Shown here: piece by piece, positions 1-8,990 of the stretch
Layout of the letters: the number at the start of each line of letters is the position of its first letter
How positions within the stretch are numbered: the first letter of the stretch is position 1
Assembly (NCBI RefSeq): GCF_000186885.1
Contig: NC_014972.1
Coordinates: 2,400,001-2,432,000, forward strand
Reading direction: 5' to 3'
Source: Desulfobulbus propionicus DSM 2032
GTDB lineage: Bacteria; Desulfobacterota; Desulfobulbia; Desulfobulbales; Desulfobulbaceae
DNA: 32,000 nucleotides
Translations under genes and position numbers: made by a program
The notes under the pieces: model-generated
Seen by the model: the letters and a program-made list of their open reading frames with translations, nothing else
The model's database searches: none
Told to the model about the DNA's origin: nothing

Positions 1-1
1 T

Positions 2-415
2 GATCTGCTCTATACCCAGAAGGCGATGATCATCGGCCAGTTTCTCCTCGTTCTGCCGCTGGTCACCGCCCTGACCATCGCCGCCATCAGCCGGGTCGAC
101 GCGCGCTACCGCATGACCGCTCGCACCCTGGGGGCCAACGACTGGCAGACCGCCCTGGTGGTCCTGCGCGAAGCCCGCTTCGGCATTGCCGCGGCGGTCA
201 TCTCCAGCTTTGGCCGGGTGATCTCGGAGATCGGCATCTCGATGATGCTCGGCGGCAACATCAAGGGGTTCACCCGCACCATGACCACGGCCATGGCCCT
301 GGAGTACGACAAGGGCTCCTTTACCCTGGCCGTGGCCCTGGGGTTGGTGCTGATGGCCATCAGCCTGGGGATGAATGTGCTGTTCAACCTGGCGCAGGGG
401 AGGAGCGGCCGATGA
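2..415 (+). CDS. tupB: ABC transporter permease, C-terminal part (tungstate TupB-like); 5' end lies outside the window
   Basis: The frame is open from base 2 (DLLYTQKAMIIGQFLLVLPLVTALT...). It contains the permease EAA-like region (REARFGIAAAVISSFGRVISEIGISMMLGGNIKGFTRT) typical of TupB-type permeases and overlaps the ATPase gene start. Confidence 0.8.
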   Translation, partial: DLLYTQKAMIIGQFLLVLPLVTALTIAAISRVDARYRMTARTLGANDWQTALVVLREARFGIAAAVISSFGRVISEIGISMMLGGNIKGFTRTMTTAMALEYDKGSFTLAVALGLVLMAISLGMNVLFNLAQGRSGR

Positions 416-1449
416 TGTGCTACACCCTGACCCAGCTTGTCCAGCGCTACCACCAGCGGCTGGTGCTTTCCATCGACCGCCTCGAAATCGAAGCCGGCCG
501 CATTCATGCCCTGCTGGGCCCCAATGGCGCGGGCAAGACCACCCTGCTCCATATTCTTGCCTTTCTCGCCACACCGGCGGGCGGGACGATGACCTTCAAC
601 GGCGAACCGGTGGACCTGTCGGCCAGCAACCTGCTGCAACTCCGTCGCCGGGTGGTGCTGGTGGACCAGCATCCGATCATGTTTTCCACCACGGTGCGGG
701 GCAACATCGAATTCGGCTTGAAGATCCGCCGCGTCGGCACACGGGAACGGCTGCGGATCGTTGACGAGGTCCTGGATCTGGTGGGTTTGGATCGGTACAA
801 AACAGCCGCCGCCCACGAACTCTCCGGCGGCGAGACCCAGCGGCTGGCTCTGGCCCGCGCCCTGGCCCTGCGCCCGGAAGTGCTGCTGTGCGACGAACCC
901 ACCGCCAGTGTCGACGCCGAAAACCAGGCGATCATCGCCGCCCTGCTGCAACAGATCAACGCCGAGCGCGGTACTACCATCGTCTTCACCACCCATGACC
1001 GGCTGCAGGCCGCCTCCCTGGCCCAGCGCACCCTGGTACTGGAAAACGGCCGTCTGGCCCGCACCACCCATGAAAACGCCTTTGCCTGTTCCTTCCGCCA
1101 GGACGGTGGCGCGCCAGACGGTCCGCCGCGCTGCATGCTCCACGGCCTGGTGGCGTTCCCCTTGCCTCCTCTCCGCACCTGCTGGCCGGCAAGACGCGAC
1201 GGCCGCATCCATCTCGATCCGGAAAGGATCACCCTGTGCCGGGCCGAGGAACGGCCCGATGTCGTGCCGACCTTCACCGGTACGGTCGTGCTGGTCATGG
1301 CCGAGGACAATAGGATTCGGGTGGTGGTCAACATCGGGGTTTTGCTGGTGGTGCTCATGCCCCAGGATCATTATCGGCGGGAAAACCCACGCGTCGGTGA
1401 CCGGGTGGGCCTCCACGTGGCCCCCGAGGGCATCACCCTGCTGGATTGA
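412..1449 (+). CDS. tupC: ABC transporter ATP-binding protein with C-terminal TOBE-like domain (tungstate/molybdate type)
   Basis: Walker A (GPNGAGKTT), signature (LSGGETQRLALARAL) and Walker B (VLLCDEPT) are present, with a C-terminal TOBE-like segment (PTFTGTVVLVMAEDNRIRVVV...). The ATGA-type overlap with the permease supports one operon. Confidence 0.85.
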   Translation: MMCYTLTQLVQRYHQRLVLSIDRLEIEAGRIHALLGPNGAGKTTLLHILAFLATPAGGTMTFNGEPVDLSASNLLQLRRRVVLVDQHPIMFSTTVRGNIEFGLKIRRVGTRERLRIVDEVLDLVGLDRYKTAAAHELSGGETQRLALARALALRPEVLLCDEPTASVDAENQAIIAALLQQINAERGTTIVFTTHDRLQAASLAQRTLVLENGRLARTTHENAFACSFRQDGGAPDGPPRCMLHGLVAFPLPPLRTCWPARRDGRIHLDPERITLCRAEERPDVVPTFTGTVVLVMAEDNRIRVVVNIGVLLVVLMPQDHYRRENPRVGDRVGLHVAPEGITLLD

Positions 1450-1661
1450 AGCGGCTGCCGGCATGCTCCGGGGTCGCGTTCAATCGCATCTCCGGAAACG
1501 GCCAGCATCCCGGTAGTGCTTGAAATGCCCCAGCCTTCATGGCAAGGTAGGAGCCTCAACCCCAACCCGACCGTCCATACGCCGCCGCCCCGCGCCATCC
1601 GCCACGCGTAATGTGCCTCAATGGCACAGGACATCGCTATCCCGTTGGAGGCCCTGCATCC

Positions 1662-4469
1662 ATGCTCCTGTACGCCCTGGTACTCCTGCCGCTCATCGGT
1701 TCGCCGCTGCCCGCCTTGACGGCTCGCCTTGCCGGACGAACGGCGCCCGTCCTGACGGCAGCCGCGATCAGCGCCGTGGCCCTGCTCTTGGCCTTGCCGC
1801 CCCTGGCCGCGGCATTCGCCGGTGCGCCCATGGAAGCGTATCACTCCTGGCTGCCCCAGGCGGGACTTGACCTGGGCCTGCGCATGGACGGGCTGGGCGC
1901 GCTGTTTGTTCTCCTGATCCTCGGCATCGGCCTGTTGGTGCTCCTCTATGCCCATTATTACCTGACCAAGGAGGAGGCGGTCGGCCGCTTTTATAGTTTT
2001 TTTCTGGTGTTCATGGGGGCCATGGTCGGAGTGGTGCTCTCCGATCACCTGCTGCAACTGCTGGTGTTCTGGGAGTTGACCTCGCTCAGCTCCTTTCTGC
2101 TCATCGGTTTCAACCACCAGCGCCGCGAGGCCAGGGATGGGGCGGCCATGGCCCTGACCATCACCGGCGGCGGCGGTCTGGCCCTGCTGGCCGGTTTTCT
2201 GCTCCTGGGACAGATCGCCGGCACCTACCGCATCTCGGCCCTACTGGACATGGGCGATCTCATCCGCGCCCACCCCCTCTACACTCCTGCCTTGGTGCTC
2301 ATCCTGCTCGGCGCCTTCACCAAATCAGCCCAGTTCCCCTTCCATTTCTGGCTGCCCCGGGCCATGGCCGCGCCCACCCCGGTCAGTGCCTATCTCCACT
2401 CGGCCACCATGGTCAAGGCCGGGGTCTTTCTGCTCGCCCGGCTCTTTCCCGTGCTCGCCGGCACGGAACCATGGTTTTTCATCGTGGGCGGAATCGGCCT
2501 ACTGACCCTGCTGTATGGCGCCTATCACGCCCTGTTCCAGCACGATCTCAAGGGGCTGTTGGCCTACTCGACCATCAGCCACCTTGGCCTGATCGTGCTG
2601 CTGTTCGGCATCGACACCCCGCTGGCCGCCGTGGCCGGGGTATTTCACATCATCAACCACGCTACCTTCAAGGCCTCGCTGTTCATGGCCGCCGGCATCA
2701 TCGACCATGAAACCGGCACCCGCGACATGCGGTTTATCAATGGTCTGTGGGGGTACATGCCGCGCACCGCCGCCCTAGCGATGGTGGCCGCCGCGGCCAT
2801 GGCCGGCGTGCCCCTGCTCAACGGTTTTCTTTCCAAGGAGATGTTTTTCGCCGAGACCCTGCATCTGAGCGCGCTCGGACCGGCACGTGGCCTGGTTCCC
2901 CTGGCCGCCACCCTGGCCGGGGTATTTGCGGTGGCCTATTCCGCCCGCTTCATCCACGATGTTTTCTTCAACGGCGAGCCCAAGGGCCTGCCCATCTATC
3001 CGCCGCATGAACCGCCGCGCTTCATGCGGCTGCCGGTGGTGATCCTGGTCGGCCAGTGTTTGCTGGTGGGCATCGTTCCCGGATTGACCGTGGCTCCCTT
3101 TCTCGCCCTGGCCGCCGGCGACATGCTGGGCACGCCGCTTCCCGACTATAGTCTGGCCATCTGGCACGGATTCACCACCCCCTTGGCCATGAGCCTGGCG
3201 GCCCTGATCGGCGGCCTGACCCTGTATGCGGCCCGCCAGCGGCTGTTTGCCTTTCACCGGCAGCGTTGGCCATCCGTGGATGCCCTGGTCCTGTTCCAGA
3301 CTGCGCTTGACCGTCTGGCCGCCATGGCCCGCCGGCTGACCCGCCTGGTCGCGAACGGTTCCCTCCAACAGGCCATTGCCCTCGTTTTGCTGGCTACCAT
3401 CCTGGCCGTGTACTGGCCGCTGGCCAACACCCCCTCGTCGATCACCGGCCCCGTGCGCTTCAGTTCCATCGACGGCCTGACCCTGACCGGCGCCCTGCTG
3501 ATGATGGCCGCCGCGATGTTGGCGGTTTACTGGCATCGCCACCGTTTCACCGTCCTGGTCGCGCTCAGCGTGGTCGGGCTGATGGTGGTGCTGGCCTTTG
3601 TCCGCTTTTCCGCTCCTGACCTGGCCCTGACCCAGCTGGCCGTGGAGGTGGTGACCATCCTCCTGCTCATCCTGGCCCTGTTCTTCCTTCCCCGGCGCGG
3701 CCAATCGAAATCCCAGCCGCCCCGACGCGTCTTCCACCTGCTGCTCGCCCTGGCCATGGGCACCGCCGCCGGCCTGCTCACCTGGGGCGTGCTCACCCGG
3801 CCGTTCGATTCCATCGCCGCTTTCTTCCTCGCCAACAGTCTGCCGGGTGGAGGCGGCGCCAACGTGGTCAATGTAATCCTGGTCGATTTCCGTGGCTTCG
3901 ACACCCTGGGCGAGATCACCGTGCTGGCCGTGGCCGCGCTCGGCATCCAGGCCCTGCTCGACAACCTGTGCCTGGAAGCCGGCATGGTGGAGGGCATCCC
4001 CGATCGCTGGGCCGACGAGCGCCACATCCTGGTGCTGTCCCTGATCACCCGCCTGCTGTTGCCGCTGGCGCTGCTGGTCGCGATCCACTTCTTCCTCCGG
4101 GGCCATAACGCCCCGGGCGGCGGCTTCATCGCCGGCCTCGTTTCCGCGGTGGCCCTTATCCTCCAGTCCATGGCCAGCGGCATCGCCTGGACCCGGCAAC
4201 AATGGCGGGCAGGCTATCGGCCGCTGATCGCCTGGGGTGTGCTGATCACCGCCGCCACCGGCGCGGGGTCCTGGTTGTTCGGCCATCCCTTTCTCACCTC
4301 CGCCTTCGGCCATGTTCGCCTGCCGCTGGTCGGGGAACTGGAACTGGCCACCGCCATGCTGTTCGATCTCGGGGTTGCGCTGGCGGTGTTCGGCGTGGTG
4401 ATGCTGATCCTGGAGACCCTGGGCAATCTCAACCAACGCTGCGCCGAGACGCGCAAGGGAGGAGCCTGA
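1662..4469 (+). CDS. mrpA: Mrp-type Na+/H+ (cation/proton) antiporter, fused MrpA-MrpB subunit
   Basis: N-terminal proton-translocating NuoL/MrpA-like membrane domain (VVLSDHLLQLLVFWELTSLSSFLLIGF...), followed by an MbhD/E-like segment (RFSAPDLALTQLAVEVVTILLLILALFFLP) and an MnhB domain (LRGHNAPGGGFIAGLVSAVALILQSMASG). A GGAG lies upstream of ATG 1662. Confidence 0.9.
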   Translation: MLLYALVLLPLIGSPLPALTARLAGRTAPVLTAAAISAVALLLALPPLAAAFAGAPMEAYHSWLPQAGLDLGLRMDGLGALFVLLILGIGLLVLLYAHYYLTKEEAVGRFYSFFLVFMGAMVGVVLSDHLLQLLVFWELTSLSSFLLIGFNHQRREARDGAAMALTITGGGGLALLAGFLLLGQIAGTYRISALLDMGDLIRAHPLYTPALVLILLGAFTKSAQFPFHFWLPRAMAAPTPVSAYLHSATMVKAGVFLLARLFPVLAGTEPWFFIVGGIGLLTLLYGAYHALFQHDLKGLLAYSTISHLGLIVLLFGIDTPLAAVAGVFHIINHATFKASLFMAAGIIDHETGTRDMRFINGLWGYMPRTAALAMVAAAAMAGVPLLNGFLSKEMFFAETLHLSALGPARGLVPLAATLAGVFAVAYSARFIHDVFFNGEPKGLPIYPPHEPPRFMRLPVVILVGQCLLVGIVPGLTVAPFLALAAGDMLGTPLPDYSLAIWHGFTTPLAMSLAALIGGLTLYAARQRLFAFHRQRWPSVDALVLFQTALDRLAAMARRLTRLVANGSLQQAIALVLLATILAVYWPLANTPSSITGPVRFSSIDGLTLTGALLMMAAAMLAVYWHRHRFTVLVALSVVGLMVVLAFVRFSAPDLALTQLAVEVVTILLLILALFFLPRRGQSKSQPPRRVFHLLLALAMGTAAGLLTWGVLTRPFDSIAAFFLANSLPGGGGANVVNVILVDFRGFDTLGEITVLAVAALGIQALLDNLCLEAGMVEGIPDRWADERHILVLSLITRLLLPLALLVAIHFFLRGHNAPGGGFIAGLVSAVALILQSMASGIAWTRQQWRAGYRPLIAWGVLITAATGAGSWLFGHPFLTSAFGHVRLPLVGELELATAMLFDLGVALAVFGVVMLILETLGNLNQRCAETRKGGA

Positions 4470-4810
4470 TGGAAGCGCTGGCCGCCTGCACCGTGGCCGT
4501 CCTGGTGACTTGCGGGGTCTACCTGCTGCTCCGCGCCCGCACCTTTTCGGTGGTGGTGGGGCTCTCGCTGCTCTCCTATGCGGTCAACCTCTTTCTCTTT
4601 TTCACCGGCCGCCTGCTGGGCAAAGCCCCGCCCCTGATCGGGTCCACGGCCGGCGATGAAGCTCCTCTGGCCGATCCCCTGCCCCAGGCCCTGGTGCTCA
4701 CCGCCATTGTGATCGGCTTCGGCATGACCGCCTTTGTCCTCATCCTGGCCCTGCGCGCTCGAGGCGAACTGGGCAGCGACCATGTCGACGGCAAGGAGGA
4801 CGAGGCATGA
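4469..4810 (+). CDS. mrpC: Mrp-type antiporter subunit C (NuoK-like)
   Basis: Translation MEALAACTVAVLVTCGVYLLLRARTFSVVVGLSLLSYAVNLFLFFTGRLL...DPLPQALVLTAIVIGFGMTAFVLILALRAR. It starts in an ATGA overlap with the previous gene. Confidence 0.92.
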   Translation: MEALAACTVAVLVTCGVYLLLRARTFSVVVGLSLLSYAVNLFLFFTGRLLGKAPPLIGSTAGDEAPLADPLPQALVLTAIVIGFGMTAFVLILALRARGELGSDHVDGKEDEA

Positions 4811-6318
4811 ACCACTGGCTGATGATGCCGCTGCTCGTGCCGCTGGTGGCGGCCATGATCAACCTCTTGCTCGGCGGACGGAGAATGGGGTGCCAACGGC
4901 TGGTGTCCCTTGCCTGCAGCGTTGGTCTGTTGGCTGGGTCGATCATCCTGATGGGCTTCGCGCACAGCGGCGAAATGTATGTCTATCGGCTGGGCGACTG
5001 GCCGGCGCCGTTTGCCATCGTCCTGGTGCTCGATCGCCTCAGCGGCCTGCTGCTGGTCACCACCGCCCTGCTCGCCCTGCCCTGCCTGCTCCAGGCCATG
5101 GACGGCGACGACGGGCGCGGCCTTCACTTTCACGTGCTGTTCCCGATCCAGCTGCTGGGAATCAACGGCGCCTTCCTCACCGGCGACCTGTTCAACCTGT
5201 TCGTCTTTTTCGAGATCCTGCTGATCGCCTCCTACTCGCTGGCCCTGCACGGCGGCGGACCGGAACGGGTGCGCGCCGGCCTGCACTACGTGGTGCTCAA
5301 CCTGATCGGTTCGGCGCTCTTTCTCCTGGCCGTCGGTACCCTCTACGGCCTAACCGGCACGCTGAACATGGCCGACCTGGCGGGCCGGGTGGCGGCCGCG
5401 CCGACGGACCAGGCGGCCTTGCTGCGGGCCAGCGGACTCGTGCTGCTGGTGGTATTCGGTCTCAAGGCGGGGATTCTGCCGCTGCATTCCTGGCTGCCCG
5501 CCCTCTACGGATCGGCCCTGGCCCCGGTGGCCGCCCTGTTCGCGGTGATGACCAAGGTCGGGGTGTACGCCATGCTCCGCGCCGCCACCCTGCTCTTTCC
5601 GCCGCAGGGGCCGGTGGGGGGCACGCTCGCCGCCCTGCTGCCAGTGCTGGCCCTGCTCACCCTGGCGACCGGAGCCATCGGCGCGCTTGGCGCCCAGCGG
5701 CTGCGGACGTTGATCGCCTCCCTGGTGATCCTGTCGGTGGGCACCCTGCTGGCGGGCATCGGGCAGTTCACCGCCAGCGGCTTCAGTGCGGCCCTTTACT
5801 ATCTGCCGCACACCACCTTGGTCACCGCCGGCCTGTTCCTCCTGGCCGAGCCGATCGGAGGCCAGCGCGGCGATCTGGAAGACCGCCTGGACACCGGTCC
5901 GCCCGTGGGCCGACCCGCCGCCCTTGGCCTCTTGTTCCTGATGGGCGGTGTGGCCGGGGCCGGCTTGCCGCCGCTCTCCGGGTTCATCGGCAAGCTGCTG
6001 CTGTTGCGCTCGGCCCCCTTGCCCGATGGGACCTGGCTGTGGGGCGTGGTCCTCGGTTCCAGCCTGCTGACGCTCATTGCCCTCAGCCGCGCCGGCAGCC
6101 GCCTTTTCTGGGGGCCGGTCGTGGACACGGAAACACCCACCCCCGCCGGATGGCGGCCCCTGTTGCCGGCCACCCTGCTCCTGGCCGCGAGCCTGGCCAT
6201 GACCGTGGCCGCCGCCCCCATCTGCCGCTACACCGAGGCCACCGCCCGCCAGCTGCTCACGCCGCGCCACTATATCGAGGCGGTCCTGAACCCTGCACCT
6301 CCGGGAGGAACACCATGA
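4807..6318 (+). CDS. mrpD: Mrp-type antiporter subunit D (NuoM/N-like)
   Basis: 503 aa polytopic protein with GDLFNLFVFFEILLIASYSLALHG and FGLKAGILPLHSWLPALYGSALAPVAALFAVMTKVG motifs. ATGA overlap with mrpC. Confidence 0.92.
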   Translation: MNHWLMMPLLVPLVAAMINLLLGGRRMGCQRLVSLACSVGLLAGSIILMGFAHSGEMYVYRLGDWPAPFAIVLVLDRLSGLLLVTTALLALPCLLQAMDGDDGRGLHFHVLFPIQLLGINGAFLTGDLFNLFVFFEILLIASYSLALHGGGPERVRAGLHYVVLNLIGSALFLLAVGTLYGLTGTLNMADLAGRVAAAPTDQAALLRASGLVLLVVFGLKAGILPLHSWLPALYGSALAPVAALFAVMTKVGVYAMLRAATLLFPPQGPVGGTLAALLPVLALLTLATGAIGALGAQRLRTLIASLVILSVGTLLAGIGQFTASGFSAALYYLPHTTLVTAGLFLLAEPIGGQRGDLEDRLDTGPPVGRPAALGLLFLMGGVAGAGLPPLSGFIGKLLLLRSAPLPDGTWLWGVVLGSSLLTLIALSRAGSRLFWGPVVDTETPTPAGWRPLLPATLLLAASLAMTVAAAPICRYTEATARQLLTPRHYIEAVLNPAPPGGTP

Positions 6319-6803
6319 ACCGCTGGCTGCCCCAACCGCTGACCAGCCTTTGCCTGTGGCTGCTGTGGTTGCTGCTGACCGAGTCCCTGGCCCCCGGCCA
6401 CCTGCTGCTCGGCGGGCTGCTCGCCCTTGCCCTGCCGCTGTTCACCGTCCGTTTCTGCCCCGACCGGCCGCGCATCCACAGGCCGCTCCTGCTGCTGCCC
6501 TACCTGGCGGTACTGTTGTGGGACATCACCGTGGCCAATCTGGTGGTGGCGCGGCTGATCCTCGGGCCCGCACGCCGGCTGCGACCGGCGTTCATCGAGC
6601 TGCCGCTCGATCTGGGCAGCGATCTGGCCGTCGTCCTGCTCACCCACACCGTTTCCCTGACCCCGGGCACGGTGGCCGCCCACCTGAGCCCGGACCGGCG
6701 CGTCTTGCTGATCCACGCCCTGGATGTCGACGATTCAGCCGAACTCGTCGCCCACATCAAACAGCGCTACGAACGCCCCTTGAAGGAGATCTTCGCATGC
6801 TGA
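6315..6803 (+). CDS. mrpE: Mrp-type antiporter subunit E
   Basis: MNRWLPQPLTSLCLWLLWLLLTESLAPGHLLLGGLLALALPLFTVRF... with ...AVVLLTHTVSLTPGTVAAHLSPDRRVLLIHALDV. GGAGG lies upstream of ATG 6315. The longer ORF-track entry (4734..6803) is an artefactual upstream extension. Confidence 0.9.
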   Translation: MNRWLPQPLTSLCLWLLWLLLTESLAPGHLLLGGLLALALPLFTVRFCPDRPRIHRPLLLLPYLAVLLWDITVANLVVARLILGPARRLRPAFIELPLDLGSDLAVVLLTHTVSLTPGTVAAHLSPDRRVLLIHALDVDDSAELVAHIKQRYERPLKEIFAC

Positions 6804-7066
6804 ATCTTGCCATCCCCCTCGCCCTGGCCTGCATCGGCGCGGCCCTGCTGCTCAACTTCTGGCGGCTGGTGCGCGGCCCCGGCCCGGCTGACCGCATCCT
6901 CGCGCTGGACACCATGTACGTCAATACCACCGCCCTGCTGGTGCTGCTGGGCATCCATCTCAACCGCAGCGTCTATTTCGAGGCGGCCCTGCTCATCGCC
7001 CTGATGGGCTTTGTCGGCACGGTGGCCCTATGCAAGTACCTGCTGCGCGGCGACATCATCGAATAG
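6797..7066 (+). CDS. mrpF: Mrp-type antiporter subunit F
   Basis: MLNLAIPLALACIGAALLLNFWRLVRGPGPADRILALDTMYVNTTALLVLLGIHLN...YLLRGDIIE; overlaps the end of mrpE. Confidence 0.9.
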   Translation: MLNLAIPLALACIGAALLLNFWRLVRGPGPADRILALDTMYVNTTALLVLLGIHLNRSVYFEAALLIALMGFVGTVALCKYLLRGDIIE

Positions 7067-7077
7067 GGAGAAGAGGA

Positions 7078-7383
7078 ATGCTTGACCTGCTGATTTCGTT
7101 CTTTCTGCTCATCGGCGGGGCCTTTGCCCTGATCGGCTCCATCGGACTTGCCCGCCTGCCCGACCTGTACACGCGGCTGCACGGCCCCACCAAGGCCACC
7201 ACCCTGGGCATCGGCGGCATCCTCATCGCCTCCATGCTCCATTTCGGCGCCCAGGACAACGGCCCGAGCGTGCATGAAATCCTGATCACCCTTTTTCTCT
7301 TCACCACCGCGCCCATCAGCGCCTACCTGGTCGCCCGCGCCGCCCTGCATCTGGACCGGCAGGAGGACGGCGACCGGCTGTGA
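7078..7383 (+). CDS. mrpG: Mrp-type antiporter subunit G
   Basis: MLDLLISFFLLIGGAFALIGSIGLARLPDLYTRLHGPTKATTLGIGGILIASML...LFTTAPISAYLVARAAL; AGAGG lies upstream of the ATG. Confidence 0.92.
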   Translation: MLDLLISFFLLIGGAFALIGSIGLARLPDLYTRLHGPTKATTLGIGGILIASMLHFGAQDNGPSVHEILITLFLFTTAPISAYLVARAALHLDRQEDGDRL

Positions 7384-7418
7384 GCGCCGCTCTTGGCCCG
7401 GCCGTTGCCGAAGGGTGA

Positions 7419-8990
7419 TCAATATCCGTTCACGAAAACGGCTTGTGCATGCCGGCTCTCGCCGGCCGAGGTGACCAGCACCGCCGCCGCCCCGCTCACG
7501 GGACATTTGTGCTCGCAGATGCCGCAGCCGATGCACAGGTTGTCCACCACATAGGGCTGCCGGACCCAAGCCCGCTCCCCCCGGCTGTTCTCCACCTCGA
7601 CCTCGCGGAACTTGATCGCCTTGTCCGGCGTTGGGCAGTGCTCCTCGCAGACGATGCACGGCGTGGCCGATGCATAGGGCAGACAACGATTCTTGTCGAA
7701 GTGGGCCCGGCCGATGACCGTGCCCTGTTTCTCGCTTCTGCTCAGCCGGCGGATGGCCCCGGTGGGGCAGACCTGGCCGCAGAGGGTGCAGTTGTACTCG
7801 CAGTAACCGATGCGGCCGATCAGCCGGGGAGAGAACATCCCTTCCAGGCCGGCCTCCAGCCAGGCAGCATGGAGGGCGTTGCCGATGCAGACCTTCATGC
7901 ACTCGCCGCAACGCACGCAACGACCCAGAAACGCCTCTTCGGCCAGGGCGCCGGGCGGACGGATCAGCAGCGGATCGGCATGCCGGGCCAGGGGCCGCGA
8001 CGGCAGCGCCAGGGGCGCCAGGGCTCCGGCGGCCAGCGAGCCGATCACCGCCCGCCGCGACAGATCGATTCGCGGCGCCCTGGCTCCGGCCGCCTTCCAC
8101 GCGAAGCCGATGCGCGCTCGCGGGCACTCACCGAGGCAGTCGAGACAGAGGGTGCACTCGGCCGGATTGATGGCTCGCGCCTCGTCGATGGCCGCCATGG
8201 GGCAAATGTCACGGCAGTGGTGGCACTGGCCGCAGACCGGCGAGCCGCCGCCGAGGCGCAGCGGAGCCAACCGCGAGACTAGGCCGAGCAGGGCGCCCAG
8301 GGGGCAGATCGTGCGGCAGAAAAACCGGCTGTTCACCCGGCTCAGACCCAGCACCGCGAGCAGCAGCATCAGAGAGAACACCGACAAGGTGTAGACCTTG
8401 TCGGTGAAGGGAAGCAGGTACCGCTTGAGCAGCCCGTACACCGGTTCGGTCAGGGTGTTGACCCACTCCGGTGCCTGCTGGTAGGTCCAGGTGAACAGGG
8501 TGGTGGCCGCGTGATCAAGCCCTGGATGGACCGCAAAGGTCAGGGCGCGCACCAACAGGGAAAAGGGATCGACAAAGCCGGCCAGGGGTAGGCCGAACCA
8601 GGCGGCGGCCAGGAAGAACACCAGCAACAGGTATTTGGGTCGATGCCGTTCCGGCCGCGCCGGGGATGCGTGGCGATGGCCCACGAGACGGCGGCTGGCG
8701 TCGATCAGGGTGCCCAGGGGGCAGACCCAGCCGCAGAACAGCCGGCCGCACACCAGGGTGAGGCCGATGGTGACCACGGCCGGCAGCATGAGGACGATCA
8801 CCGTTTTGGCGGCCAGCATGGCGGTTAGGGCGAGGAAGGGATCGAGACGGAACAGCAGGTTGACCGCCCAGGGCAGTTCATCGCCCCCGTTGGAGTCGGT
8901 GTGGATGAACAGGGCCAGGAAGGCAAGAACAAACAGGCCCTGGCTGAGCTTCCGCCACACCGAAGGCTGCAACGGGCCGGCGCGGCGCAT
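7419..8990 (-). CDS. Integral-membrane polyferredoxin: NapH-like membrane domain fused to a NapG-like multi-[4Fe-4S] domain
   Basis: Several predicted TM segments, then FCGWVCPLG and FCRTICPLG (NapH/MauN-type), CGQCHHCRDICPM, CTLCLDCLGECP, an internal RRAVIGSLAAGALAPLALP segment, then CVRCGECMKVC, CTLCGQVCPTGA, CIVCEEHCP and CIGCGICEHKCP. Confidence 0.85.
   Translation of the reverse strand: MRRAGPLQPSVWRKLSQGLFVLAFLALFIHTDSNGGDELPWAVNLLFRLDPFLALTAMLAAKTVIVLMLPAVVTIGLTLVCGRLFCGWVCPLGTLIDASRRLVGHRHASPARPERHRPKYLLLVFFLAAAWFGLPLAGFVDPFSLLVRALTFAVHPGLDHAATTLFTWTYQQAPEWVNTLTEPVYGLLKRYLLPFTDKVYTLSVFSLMLLLAVLGLSRVNSRFFCRTICPLGALLGLVSRLAPLRLGGGSPVCGQCHHCRDICPMAAIDEARAINPAECTLCLDCLGECPRARIGFAWKAAGARAPRIDLSRRAVIGSLAAGALAPLALPSRPLARHADPLLIRPPGALAEEAFLGRCVRCGECMKVCIGNALHAAWLEAGLEGMFSPRLIGRIGYCEYNCTLCGQVCPTGAIRRLSRSEKQGTVIGRAHFDKNRCLPYASATPCIVCEEHCPTPDKAIKFREVEVENSRGERAWVRQPYVVDNLCIGCGICEHKCPVSGAAAVLVTSAGESRHAQAVFVNGY

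Noticed and set aside
2775-4436. 553-aa antisense ORF inside mrpA
   Set aside because: Gln/Gly/His-rich shadow frame opposite a clear membrane-protein gene.
4734-6314. Long upstream portion of ORF 4734..6803 overlapping mrpD
   Set aside because: Only the part from ATG 6315 is MrpE-like. The upstream portion is an out-of-frame translation of mrpD.
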